A stretch of DNA of 47,695 nt, from assembly GCA_963842525.1 (NCBI GenBank), contig CAWJGT010000018.1:1-47695 (forward strand), written 5' to 3'. The translations under genes were made by a program, and so were the position numbers. The stretch comes from an uncultured Holophagales bacterium. GTDB taxonomy: Bacteria; Acidobacteriota; Thermoanaerobaculia; Multivoradales; UBA5704. The notes under the pieces are model-generated. The model saw only the letters and a program-made list of their open reading frames with translations, did not search any database and was not told the origin of the DNA. Below are positions 27,301-45,743 of the stretch, piece after piece (the stretch's first letter is position 1; every line of letters begins with the position of its first letter).

Positions 27301-30300
27301 CTGCATAGAGGCCGGTCAGCTCGCGGGTCAGCACGCCGATGGACCAGCCGTCGCCCACGATGTGGTGCAGGTTGAAGGCGACGGCGTGCTCCTCCGCATC
27401 GAAGCGCAGGAGCGTGGCCCGCAGCAGAGGGCCACGGGTCAGGTCGAACGGACGGACCGCATCCTCGGCGGCGAGGCGCCGGGCTTCGGCCTCGCCCCGC
27501 TCCCGGCCAAGCGCCGCGAGGTCGACTACAGGGAGGGAGAACAGCGCGGACGGCGCGATCACCTGGGCGGGCCGGCCGTCCAGCGCGGCGAAGGAGGTGC
27601 GCAGGGCCGCATGGCGGCGGACGATCTCGGTGAGAGTGCCCTGCAGCGCCGGGACGTCCAGCCGTCCGGTGAGGCGCAGGGCGGACGGAATGTTGTAGGT
27701 CGCGCCCGCGCCGTCGAGCTGGTCGAGGAACCAGAGGCGCTCCTGGGCGAAGGAGAGGGGGATCGCCTCGCCCGGCGTCCAGTCATAGGAGGCCAGGGGC
27801 GGCGCACCAGCGGTCGAGAGGTGGGGGTGCTCGCGCTCCAGCCAGGCCGCCAATCCGGCCACCGTCGGCGTCTCGAAGATCACCACCACCTGGAGCGGCT
27901 GCCCGAGCGCCTCCTGGAGCTGGTTGACCAGGACCGCGCCGCTGATGGAGCTGCCGCCGAGCGCGAAGAAGTCGTCGTGGATGCTCACGCTTTCGAGGTG
28001 GAGCGTCTGGCAGAAGAGGCTTGCCAGAAGGCGCTCCAGCTCCGTGCGCGGCTCCACCCGATCGATCTCGACCGCGGTCCGCTCCGGTTCCGGCAGCGCC
28101 CGCCGGTCCACCTTGCCGTGAGCGGTCAGCGGCAGCGACGGAAGCACCATCAGGGCGGATGGCAGCATGTAGTCCGGCAGGCTCGCGGCGGCAAGCTCGC
28201 GCAACTCGCCCAGCGATGGCTCCGCGCCCTCTCCTGCCACCACGTAGGCCACGATCCGCGGCTCCGCGCCCGCCACCGGCCGCGCCAGCACCACGGCCTC
28301 CCGCACTGCCGGATGCCGGGACAGCGCCGCCTCGATCTCGCCCAGCTCGATACGGAAGCCCCGCACCTTGACCTGGTGATCGATCCGGCCCAGGTATTCC
28401 AGGTCGCCGTCCGGGAGCCGCCGTGCGAGGTCCCCGGAGCGGTACAGCCGCGCGCCCCGGTTACCACCGAACGGGTCCGGCACGAACCGCTCAGCCGTCA
28501 GGGCCGGCCGGTTCAGATAGCTCTGCGCCACGCCCTCTCCGCCGACGCAGATCTCCCCCGCCACCCCGACCGGCACCGGCTGGAAGCTCCGGTCCAGGAC
28601 ATGGAGCGACAGATCCAGGATCGCTCGGCCGATGACGCTCCCCAGTCCTTCCGCCGCGTCCTCGCGCCGCAGCGGCCGGTGGGTGACGTGCACCGTCGTC
28701 TCGGTGATGCCGTACATGTTGACCAGCGTGGGACAGGCATCGCCGTGCCGCTCGATCCACGGACCGAGGCTCGCCGGCTCCAGGGCCTCGCCGCCGAAGA
28801 TCACGAGGCGGAGGGAAAAGGAGTCCTCACCCCCTGGCCCCCTCTCCCATCTCCCACCCGCCCAGCCCCGGGAGAGGGGGGACGTCGTTGATGCCTCTGT
28901 GGCGAGCTCGCGGAAGGGCTCCGGATGCGTTCCCCCTCTCCCGGCGGGGGGTGGAAGGGAGATGGGAGAGGGGGACAGGGGGTGAGGACCCCGCTCCTCC
29001 GCCCACCCAAGCTGCCGGAAAGCCGACGGCGTCTGGTTGAGCACCGTCACCCGCTCCGCCGCCAGCAGCCGGTAGAAGTCGTCCGGCGAGCGGCTCACCC
29101 AGTAGGGCACCACGACCAGCCGTCCGCCATAGAGCAGCGCCCCCCAGATCTCCCAGACCGAGAAGTCGAACGCGTAGGAGTGGAACAGCGTCCAGACGTC
29201 CCCAGCTCCGAAGCCGTACCACCGGTCGGTCGCGGAGAACAGGCGCGCCACATTGGCGTGGGTGACCACCACCCCCTTGGGTCTCCCCGTTGAGCCCGAG
29301 GTGTAGATGACGTAGGCCGGATCGTCAGGTGTGGACAGGCTCTCCGGATCGTCCTCGCGCGCCGGCAGGGCTTCCTCGTCCAGCAGCACCCTCCGGCAGA
29401 AAACCTCCGGCAACCGCGACACCACGGCACTCTGGGTGAGCAGCACCGGCACCCGACTGTCCTCCAACAGCCAGGCGATCCGTTCGGCCGGATAGTCCGG
29501 ATCGATCGGCACGTAGGCCGCTCCGGCCTTGAGCACGGCGAGAATCGCCACGACCTGATCGAGAGAGCGCTCCAGGCAGAGGCCCACCCGCTCGCCCGGC
29601 CCGATCCCCCAGGAGCGCAGCGCATGGGCCAGCCGGTTGGCCCGGCGGCTCAGCTCGCCATAACCGAGCGTCTCGCCCTGGAACGTCACCGCCGGGGGGT
29701 CCGGGTGCTCCGCCGCCCGCTGCGCGAAGCGCTCGTGCAAGCAGAAAACGTCTCCGCTCGGCCCCGCCGCGCTCCATTCTGTGATTTGCCGCCGCTCTCT
29801 CTTGGGCAGCAGCGGCAGCTCGGCGAGACGGCGGTCCGGGTCCGCGGCGATCCCCTCCAGCAGCATGCAGAAGCACGCGGCCATGCGCTCCACGGTCGAC
29901 CGGTCGAACAGGTCGGTGGCGTACTTCCAGGTCCCGACGAATCCTCGCGGGGTGTCGAAGAAGCTCACGACGAGGTCAAACTCGACCGTCTCGCCCGGCA
30001 TCTCGACCGGCGCCAGCATGAGCCCGGGCAGGTCCAGCGCGGAGACCGGAGCGTTCTGCACCTGGAACAGGACCTGGAAGAGCGGCGAGCGGGCGAGGTC
30101 GCGCTTCCTGCCCAGCTCGGCGACCAGCCGCTCGAAGGGGAGGTCCTGATGCGCATAGGCGTCCAGCGTCGACCGGCGCACCCGGGCCAGCAGCTCGCGG
30201 AACGGCGGATCGCCGTGCAGGTCGGCGCGCAGCGCCAGGGTGTTGACGAAGAGCCCGATCAGCCCTTCCAACTCGCTGTGCCGCCGGTTGGCGATGGTCG

Positions 30301-31206
30301 TGCCCACCACCAGGTCGTCCTGGCCGCTCCAGCGGTGGAGGAGGACCTCGAAGGCGGCGAGCAGGCCCATGAACGGGGTCGCCCCTTCGCGCTGGAAGAT
30401 CTCGCGGACGCGGTGGCTGACCTCCGGCGTCACGGCCGAGCCGAAGTAATCGCCACGGAAACCCTGGACGCCCCGCCGGCGGCGGTCGGTGGGGAGCTCG
30501 AGGGCCGGCGCGTCCTCCAGCCGCTCGCGCCAGAAGGCGATCTGCTCGGCGAGCCGCTCGCCGCTCAGCCAGTCCCGCTGCCATTCGACATAGTCGAGGT
30601 ACTGGACCGGCAGCTCGGGGAGCGGGGACGGCTTCCCCTGGGAGAAGGCCGTGTAGAGGAGCGCCACCTCGCGCACCAGCACGCCGATCGACCAGGCGTC
30701 GCTGACGATGTGGTGCATGGCGAAGAGGGCCACGTGCTCCCGCCCGCCCAGACGGAGCAGGGTAGTCCGCAGCAGAGGCCCCTGTTCCAGGTCGAACGGG
30801 CGCCGGGCCTCGGACGCGGCCAAGCGCAGGACCTCGGCCTCGCGTTCCACGCCGGGGAGGGCGCCGAGGTCCACCAGCGGGAGGGCGACGTCCAGCACCG
30901 GCGTCAGGACCTGGACCGGCTCGTTGTCCTCCACCTGGAAGACGACCCGCAGCGCCTCGTGCCGCCGGACAACCTCGTCGAGGGCCCGGCGCAGGGCTTC
31001 GCGGTCCAGCGCGCCGGTGAGGCGCAGGGCGGTGGGCAGGATGTATGCCAGGTTGCCCGGCTGCAGGCGGTCGAGGAACCAGAGCCCGCGCTGGGCATAC
31101 GACAAGGGCAAGGCCTCGGGCTCCGCCTCCTCCTGGAGCAGCAGCTCGAGCAGCTCCCGTTTCTCGGGGCTGAGCTCCGCCAGGTCGTCCGGGAGGAGAA
31201 GCTTGC

Positions 31207-31210
<4 letters not shown>
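21323..31210 (-). CDS. NRPS, three modules (C-A-T)x3: Thr, unknown, Cys
   Basis: Start MSKLLL at 31210 (ATGA overlap). Codes DFWNIGMVHK (Thr), DAVDLGSITK (unassigned) and DLWDLSLIWK (Cys-type, with SGDWIP and SLGGATE). All C domains have HHxxxD. Confidence 0.95.
22773..22826. repeat. REP unit in frame in the Cys A domain
   Basis: cccctcacccccggcccctctccc...gggagaggggag. Confidence 0.85.
25944..26078. repeat. Inverted REP pair in frame in an A domain
   Basis: Units 25944-26002 and 26026-26078 in opposite orientation. Confidence 0.85.
28825..28987. repeat. Inverted REP pair in frame in the Thr A domain
   Basis: Units 28825-28881 and 28932-28987. Confidence 0.85.
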
Positions 31211-37972
<6,762 letters not shown>

Positions 37973-37976
<4 letters not shown>

Positions 37977-40900
37977 GAGGGCCGCTCCTCCGGCATCTTC
38001 CGGCGCGCCAGCGCCGCCTCCTTCTCCGCGCCCGACATGCCGCGCAGGCGCAGCAGCACGCGAGCGACGGACTCGCTGCGCCCGGGCGTGGCCTCGCGCG
38101 CCAGCACCTGCCGCGCAAAGGCGGAGACCGTGGGCGATTCGAAGAGAGCGCGCAGGGGCAGCTCCGCCTGGAACGTTCCGCGCACCCGGGAGATGAGCTG
38201 GGTGGCCAGCAGCGAGTGCCCGCCCAGCTCGAAGAAGTTGTCGTCCGCGCCAACCCGCTGCCCCCCCTCCTGATCACCCAGCCCGAGCACCTCGGCCCAG
38301 AAGCCGGCCAGAAGCTCCTCGACCGCGGTCCGCGGCGGCACATAGTGCCGATCGGGACCGGCGAGGTCCAGCCGCTCCTCCAGCGCCTGGACGCCCAGGC
38401 GGGCGAGGGCCTGCCGGTCCACCTTGTCATGCGGGGTCAGGGGCAGCGCGTCGAGCAGCAGGCCCACCGCGGGGATCATCGGCTCGGGCAGCCGCTCGCG
38501 CAGGAAGGCGCGGAGGGCGGGCCAGGTGGGGACCCCCGCGCTCCGCCGGGGCACGACCAGGGCGACCAGGCTCGCCTCGCCGCGGCGGTCCCTGGGCACC
38601 GCCACCACGGCCTCGCCGACCTCGGGATGGGAGGCCAGGGCCGCTTCGACCTCCGCCGGCTCGACGCGGAAGCCGCGCACCTTGACCTGCTGGTCGATCC
38701 GCCCCAGGAACTCGACCGGCCCGCCGGGCCGCCGCCGCACCAGGTCGCCCGTGCGGTAGAGGCGCTCACCCGGCGCGTCGCTCTCCCCCGCGAACGGGCT
38801 CGGCACGAACCTCTCGGCGGTCAGGTCCGGCCGGCCCAGGTAGCCGCGCGCCAGCCCCGGGCCGCCGGCGAGCAGCTCGCCCGGAGCCCCCGGGGGGACC
38901 GGCTGCAGCCAGCGGTCGACGATGTAGATCCAGGTGCCGGCGATCGGCCGGCCGATCGGCACCGACCGGCCCGGCGGGATCGGCTCCCGCACCGTGTGGC
39001 AGCAGGTGTAGGTCGTGTTCTCCGTCGGGCCGTAGCCGTCGATCATCCGGCAGCCGGGCAGCTCCGCGAGCACCCGGTTCACCGCCTCGCGCGACAGGAC
39101 GTCGCCTCCCGCGAGGAGCTGGCGCACACCGCGCAGGGATTCGATCCGGCCCTCGGCCACGCGGTGGAACAGGCCGGCGGTCAGCCAGAGCATGGTCACG
39201 CCGTGCCGCGCCAGAATCGCGTCGAGCTCTTCGAGCGACGGCGCCTCCGGCGGGGGGAGGACCAGGCGGCCACCGTTGAGCAGCGCGCCCCAGATCTCGA
39301 CCGTGGCGACGTCGAAAGCCGGCGCCGAGAGCTGCAGGATCACCTCCTCCGGCCCGAAATCCGCGTAGTCGGCGCCCCGCACCAGCCGCACGATGCCGTC
39401 GTGGTCGATCCCCACCGTCTTGGGCCGCCCGGTCGAGCCGGAAGTGAACATCGCATAGGCCAGACGGCCGACGTCCGGACCCGGCAGGTCGGTCTCCGCC
39501 TGAGAGGGTGTTTGGAAAATTCTGCTGCCGACGTCGCCTTGGACCCTCACCCCCGACCCCTCTCCCATCCGCACTCCCTTCCCCCGGGAGAGGGGAGAAA
39601 ATGCACTGTCAGAAAGCGTCCCGGTGGAGGCTCCCCTCGCCCGGGCGGGTGTGAGTGCGGATGGGAGAGGGGTCGGGGGTGAGGGAACAGGGCTCGCGCA
39701 GATCCCCTCGTCCTCGTCGAGCAGGAGCGGCGCCGGCAGCTCCGGCAGGCGCTCCAGCCAGCGCCGCTCCGTGATCACCAGCGGGATGCCGGCCTCGCGC
39801 ACCAGCTCGTCGACGCGCTCGCGCGGCCAGTTGGGATCGAGCGGCACATAGGCTCCGCCCGCCTTGAGGACTGCGAGGAAGGACTCGACCAGGGCGGTCG
39901 AGCGCTCCAGGGCCACCCCCACGAGGGCCTCGGGGCGCAGGCCCTCCGGCTTCCCGCCCAGAAGGCGCCTCAGGTGGCGGGCCAGGCAGTTGGCCCGCGC
40001 ATTGAGCTCCGCGAAGGTCACCTCCAGCCCGTCGCTCGCCACCAGCGCGGTCCGTAGCGGCGTCCGCCGCGCCTGCTCCTCGAAGAGGCGATGGACCGGC
40101 GTGCCGAGCGGCGCCTCCGACGGCTCCGCACCCGACTCGTCGAGGATCTGGCGGCGCTCCGCAGCGCTCAGCAGGGGCAGCTCCGACAGGCGCCGCTCCG
40201 GATCGGCGGCGATCTCCCCGAGCAGGGCGGCAAAACTGTCCCCCATCCGCGCGATCGTGCTCGCCGTGAACAGGTCGCGGCTGTACTCCAGATCGACCAG
40301 CAGGCCCCAGGGTTCCTCGATCGCGGTGGCGCTGAGCTCGAACTTGGCCGTCCCCGAGTAGACCGGCAGCGACTCGAAGAGGAGACCGGCCGCGTGCAAC
40401 CGCGACCCAGGCATGTTCTGCAGCACGAGCATCGCCTGGAACAGAGGCGAACGCGCGGTGCGGTCGGGCCGCAGCTCCTCGAGGAGCCTCTCGAACGGGA
40501 GGTCCTGGTGGGCGTAGGCGCCGAGCGCCACACCCCGCGCCTGCCGCAGCAGCTCGCGGAAACCGGGATCGCCCGACAGGTCGAGGCGCAGCACCAGCGT
40601 GTTGATGAAGAAACCGATCAGGCCGGAGGTCTCGGCGTGGGTCCGGTTGGCCACGACCGTGCCGACCGGCACGTCCTCCTCGCCGCACCAGCGGGAGAGG
40701 AGCAGGCCGAAGGCGGCCAGGAGGACGACGAACAGCGTCGTTCTCTCCTCGCGGGCGAGGGCCTGCAACGGCTCCATGACATCGCCGCCGACGCGGAGCC
40801 GGCTGCGGCCGCCGGCCGGCGTAGGGACGGCCGGCGGCGGGAAGTCGGCCGGCAGCCGCAGCGCCTCGGGCGCGCCCGCAAGCTGCTCCTTCCAATAGCC

Positions 40901-41620
40901 GAGCTGCTTTTCGACCACCTCGCCCTGGAGCCACTTGCGCTGCCACAGTGCGAAATCAGCGTACTGGATGGGCAGTACCCGCAGCTCGGCCGGCCTCCCT
41001 TCGGCGGCTGCGGCGTAGAGCTCCGTCATCTCGCTCACCAGAACGCCCATAGACCAGCCGTCGCTCACGATGTGGTGCATGCCGATCAGCAGGGCATGGT
41101 CCTCGCGGCCGAGCCGCACCAGCGTCGAGCGCACCAGAGGCCCCACGGCGAGGTCGTACGGCCGCTTGGCGTCGGCCAGCAGAAGGCGCTGGAGCTCGGC
41201 GTCCCGGACGCCTGAAGGAAGAGCCGCCAGGTCGACCAGCGGCAGCGCGAAGGCGAGGCGGGGCGCGATCACCTGGACCGGTTTCCCGTCCTCGTCCCGG
41301 AACGTGGTGCGGAGCGACTCGTGGCGGTCGGAGACGGCCTGGAGCGCCGCGGCCAGGGCCGCCGGCCGCAGCGGACCGGTAATGCGGAAGCTGACCGGCA
41401 GGTTGTAGGTCGACTGGCCCGGATCGAGCTGGTCCAGGAACCAGAGCCGCTGCTGGGCAAACGACAGCGGAATGGAAGCCGGCCGGATACGGGGCGTGAT
41501 CCGATAGCCCCGATCGCCGCCCGCAGGCTCGCTCCCGCGCTTCTCCCGCAGCCGCTGGAAGAGCAGAGCGCGCTCCTCCCGCGACAGCTTGGAGATCCGT
41601 TCGTTCAGCACCTCGGGCAT
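37973..41620 (-). CDS. NRPS, first gene, C-A-T (aliphatic, Val-like residue predicted)
   Basis: GAGGAGG RBS and start MPEVLNE at 41620. HHIVSDGWS, FTSGSTGRPK, LGGHSL. Code about DVVWLGGTYK (tentative). Confidence 0.95.
39544..39685. repeat. Inverted REP pair in frame in the first A domain
   Basis: Units 39544-39596 and 39632-39685. Confidence 0.85.
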
Positions 41621-41745
41621 CGTGTCCTCCTCAAAAAACCCGCCACAAGAGTAAGTGCCACATCCGGCCTGGAGGGTGTCTCGACAGCCGCCCGGCAACC
41701 GGGGGGACTGACGGGAAGGCCTCGTTCCCAATTCCCCGGGAAAGG

Positions 41746-41779
41746 CCCCCTGGGAGGCGCGTTTGCACCCCCCAGGGGG
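41746..41779. terminator. GC-rich hairpin upstream of the NRPS/PKS operon
   Basis: ccccctgggaggcgc-gttt-gcacccccca ggggg; no U-tract. Confidence 0.35.
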
Positions 41780-41859
41780 GGTAGGTTAGACTACAGGCTG
41801 TCTCACGTCCGTGAAGCGGACGCCGGGGTCGTTGCAGGCGACTCCGGTGTCCTCCTCCC

Positions 41860-42231
41860 TCAGCCCAGCCCGCCGGCAAAGGCGATCAGGCCATCCACCA
41901 GCCGCGGATCGCGCCGCGAAAACACCCGGAGCACGACCGCGAGCTGCTTGCCGGAAAGCTGCACATGGACCGGCAGCCGCAGCGCGGACGCGAGCTCCGA
42001 GACATAGCCCGAGTAGGCCGAAGCCACTCGCGCCTCCGGGAACTCGCGGAGCCGCCGTATCACCTGACCGCCCTGCGTCAGGCTCCAGCCGGCCTCCAGC
42101 AGCTCCTGCACCCGCTCGGCCTTCAGCCGGCCATGGGTCTCCCCAATCGCGGCGAGCGCCTCCTGCACCCTCTCGGCCTTCAAACCGAGAGGATTGGGGG
42201 ACGGCTTCTGACACACCTGTTCTGCTTTCAT
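41860..42231 (-). CDS. Pterin-4a-carbinolamine dehydratase/DCoH-fold-like protein, probably non-catalytic
   Basis: AAGGAGG RBS. GWSLTQGGQVIRRLREFP...AYSGYVSELA resembles PCD, but the HHP motif is absent. LKAERVQE is duplicated. Confidence 0.55.
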   Translation of the reverse strand: MKAEQVCQKPSPNPLGLKAERVQEALAAIGETHGRLKAERVQELLEAGWSLTQGGQVIRRLREFPEARVASAYSGYVSELASALRLPVHVQLSGKQLAVVLRVFSRRDPRLVDGLIAFAGGLG

Positions 42232-42534
42232 CTCGAACCTCCTTGGCGCAAGCACCCGGCACCTTCATTGGCACCGGCAAGGCAGAGACTAGGCGAGCCC
42301 TTCCTCTTTGTCAACACATTTGATGCTCGAATCGCATCGAAGAATCTGCGGATGATCCAAGAAAGTCCTTGCGTCTACTCTGGACCAGAGCCTGAACGTC
42401 GGCTGGCCCGAGGGAGCGCAGGCGTGGGACAATCCCCCGGACACGAGGTTGAAGCCCTGCGACACTGAGTCTCTGTTGCCTACGGACCGCCGGGCCACGG
42501 AGGCTCGGCTGCGCTTCGTGGGAGGGAGGATCTG

Positions 42535-42825
42535 ATGTCTCAGCGAATCGTCGGTCGTCTCGTCGGCGCTGGAATCCTGGCCGCAGCCCTCACTTTCGCC
42601 GGGCCCGTTCGGGCGGAAGGCCGGGGCTTCCAGGACCCCTCGGATGTCCTGCAGTGGCTCACCCAAGCCTGGCGGAGCGGCGTGTCCCAGCTCTGGTCGT
42701 GGAGCGGCAGCCTGACACCGTGGAACCAGGGGCCGTGCACCAACCCGGACGGCTCTGCGTGCCCGGACAGCTCGACGGCAGGAGATCCGGGCGACCAGGG
42801 ATTCGGGGCCGATCCAAACGGCTAG
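42535..42825 (+). CDS. Secreted propeptide (96 aa) with NQGPCTNPDGSAC and C-terminal DQGFGADPNG motifs
   Basis: GGAGGGAGG RBS; signal peptide ...LAAALTFAGPVRA; Trp-rich segment; same architecture as 2594-2899. Confidence 0.8.
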   Translation: MSQRIVGRLVGAGILAAALTFAGPVRAEGRGFQDPSDVLQWLTQAWRSGVSQLWSWSGSLTPWNQGPCTNPDGSACPDSSTAGDPGDQGFGADPNG

Positions 42826-42835
42826 GCCTTACCCG

Positions 42836-42863
42836 GGCCTGGGGCGGCACGCCGCCCCGGGCC
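42836..42863. terminator. Strong hairpin just after the peptide gene
   Basis: ggcctggggcggc-ac-gccgccccgggcc. Confidence 0.5.
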
Positions 42864-42877
42864 TCGCTTGTGCGAGA

Positions 42878-44210
42878 ATGGCGGCGCCTAAAAGGAGACA
42901 CGCGAGTGTGCATCACTCTTGAGGGGCTCAGCAGTCCTCTTGCGTCCGAGAGGGGGCGGGTGCTCCTCACCCACTTCCTCCAGGGCTGCGAGACATGCTG
43001 CGACGCCGTCTGGCGGGGTTGTCTCCGGCCGGTTTCGTTCGAGCCGCCCACGCCCGAGCAGGACGCCGCGTACGACTCCGCCCTAGATCGCGCTTCCAGC
43101 CGCCCTGCGGGCCGATGCCCTCCTGCCCGAAGACCGGGAACAGTTCTCCAGAGCCCTCCCCCTCCTCGCCTCGGGCCGCGGCATCCTCGTCCTCACGCTG
43201 GAGGCCGATATCGACGTGGAGGGCCTCGGCGTCTACGAGGCGCTCCTCGCCCGGAGCTGGTCCGTCCGCTTCGACAACCCGCAGGAGATGTACCACCTGG
43301 CCAGGAGCGCCGTCGAAATCGCGAAGAGCCTCGACCCGCTGGTCCTTGGGGTCCGGGAGGTTGCGGACTACCAGGCGCGGGCCTGGGGAGAAGCTCGGCA
43401 ACGCCTACCGCGCCGCGGACGAGCCCAGTCGGCGGAAGGAGCCTTCGGCCAGGCGTTCGCGCTCGCCAGGCAAGGCACCGGGAACCGGCTGCTGAAGGCT
43501 CGCCTTCTCGATCTCCAGGCCTCGTTCTATGGAACCATTCGAGAGGTCCCGCTGGCCCACGACACGCTGAGGACCGTCGCGGCCCTCTACCAGCAAGAGG
43601 GCGAAGAGCATCTCGCCGTCCGCACTCTGGTCACCACGGCTCTCTATACATTCTACTCGGGCAAGGCCGAGGAAGCCCTGAGCCTGAACCAGCAGGCACT
43701 TGACCGCATCGATCCGGAACGTCAGTCCGCACTGATGACCACAGCCCTCCAGAATCAGCTCATGTTCCTGACCGAGCTGGGCCGTTTCCGGGAGGCCAGG
43801 AAGCTCCTCTTCAAGAGCCGGCCCCGCTTCCTCCGTGCGGGCCGGGTCAACCAGGTGAAGATCCAGGGCATCGAGGGCCAGATCTACTATGGCCTGGGGA
43901 AGTTCGTTGCCGCTGAGGTAATCCTTCGTGAGGTCAAGAACGATCTCGACGCCTTGGGGCTGGGCTTCGCCTCCGCCCTCGCCGCCCTTGAGTCGGCCTG
44001 GCCCTCCTGCGCCAGCACCGGATCGACGAGGCGGAGCAGGAGGTCCTCGGGGCCGCGGCGGTCTTCGTGTCCCTGAACATCCGGCGCGAGATCCTGAACT
44101 GTGTGGCCGCCCTCGAAGAAGCCTTCCGGCTGCGGCTGGTGACCGTGGAGATCATGGAAAACGCGGTCTTGTACATCCGCAAGAAGGCGGCCGAGCACGG
44201 GTTCAGGTAG
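42878..44210 (+). pseudogene. Zn-finger (H...CxxC) plus TPR-repeat protein with several frameshifts (pseudogene or sequencing error)
   Basis: Fragments in different frames: LLTHFLQGCETC...YDSALDRA; ALLARSWSVRFDNPQEM; QARAWGE|LGNAYRAAD; ARLLDLQAS; these are related to the TPR proteins at 1080-4524. Confidence 0.7.
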
Positions 44211-44216
44211 GCCGGC

Positions 44217-44673
44217 TCAACCGCCGCTCTTGGCCTTCGGCTTGTCCCGCTTGTCCAGGATCTCCGCCATCACCTCGCGCACCGCGCTTTTCACCGCCTC
44301 GGTATCGGCGGCGGCCGTCGCCGCCGCCGCCCTCTCCTCGCGGGGCTGCGGCCCCGGGACCGCGCCGGCCTGGACCCTCGGCGGATCAGGCCCTCCAGCA
44401 TGGCGCGGATCCTCTGGGCCGCGGGGCTCCATCGCTCCGGAACAGGCCGCTCGGGATAGAGGAGCTGAAGAGCTGGGAGACTCGAGACCGATCGCCCGCG
44501 CGATCCCCAGCACCACCTCCAGCTTGGCCTCCACCTGCCCGCTGTACAACCGGGTCAGGAAGCTCGGAGGAGACCAGACGCCGTTCAACCTCGCGGTTGG
44601 AGATCCCCATCATCCGACTGAGCGTCCTTAGTACATCGAGAGTGCGCCGTACCTCGTCCATGTCTTTGTTCAT
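44217..44673 (-). CDS. XRE-like HTH regulator (frameshifted)
   Basis: EVRRTLDVLRTLSRMMGISNREVERRL|SFLTRLYSGQVEAKLEVVLGIARAIGL across two frames. Confidence 0.7.
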
Positions 44674-44858
44674 AGGGGGTAGTCTACCTCAGTCTCTCAA
44701 AGACAGCAGGTTTGTCCCCAAAGATGCATCTTCACGGCGTCCAATCCTCTGATGTAGAAACAGCAAGGAAGCCGCGCTGTTGCGGGCGAGGGAAACTTTA
44801 AACCGTGCCGGGACGACCGGGGAAAGACCTCAGGCGGTCCGGCGGGAGGAGGAATTCC

Positions 44859-45355
44859 ATGGATCGAGCATCGATGCCGAGCAGCGCCTTTTCGCCGGAG
44901 TACCTGGCCTTCCTTCGCGAGAGGAACGAGCCGGACGCGCCCTGGGCCGGCGAGGACACGGGGCCGTTCGTGATCCGGGAGATCGGAGACGGCTTCGGGC
45001 TCTTCCGCCCCTGGCAGAGCCCCGAGGCGGGCGACGGGCCGGAGGGGGTCTTCAAGAGCCACGAAGACGCCCGGCTGGCGCTGACAGCCCGGGCGGCCCT
45101 GCGGCGCGCGCGCTACTACCGGCTGCAGGAAGTGGACGCTTCGCGGCCGGGCGGCGGCTATGCGGTGGAGCGGGATGGGGCCGTGATCGGGCACGTGCGC
45201 TCCTACGATCCCAAATGGATCTTCGCCTGCCACGTCCTGGCCTGCGCCGCCCAACCGCCGAGCACTTCGCCACCCTCCTCGATGTCGCCGGCTCCGCAAC
45301 CCAGGAAGAGGTCGGGGACATCCTGGGGAGGGAGGTGAAGGCCGCGGGGGCGTGA
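44859..45355 (+). CDS. Hypothetical protein (frameshift at ~45257)
   Basis: GGAGGAGG RBS; globular-looking ORF 44805..45338 continuing as EHFATLLDVAG... to 45355. Confidence 0.55.
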
Positions 45356-45490
45356 GAAAAGACCACGGCCGCCTTTATCTCTACTATGGGTGGCCGTGGT
45401 TGTTTCGGGAAGGTGCCCTCAGGTCGTGCCCGTTTCGCCTCAAGCCGCTTATAATGCATTGAGGCCGATGCACCAAAGGGGAGGCCAACG

Positions 45491-45743
45491 ATGACGCGCG
45501 TCCAAGTGGAATTCGACTCCACGTTTTTGCGACCTTGCGGAGATCTCCGGAGGAGGTTGTCCAGGAGATGCGCTTGGCGGCAGCGGTCATCTGGCATGCC
45601 CAGGGTCGTGTCTCCCAGGGTCGTGCTGCGGGGTTCGCGGGCGTGAAGTTGGGCCGGGTCTCATCCATGCCCTGTCGGCGAGCGGCGTCTCGGCTTGCCA
45701 GGAGACGCTGGAGGATCTCGACGAGGTCCTGGCGCGTGGATAA
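45491..45743 (+). pseudogene. UPF0175-family antitoxin-like gene, frameshifted
   Basis: LRRSPEEVVQEMRLAAAVIWHAQGRVSQGRAAGFAGV. Confidence 0.7.
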
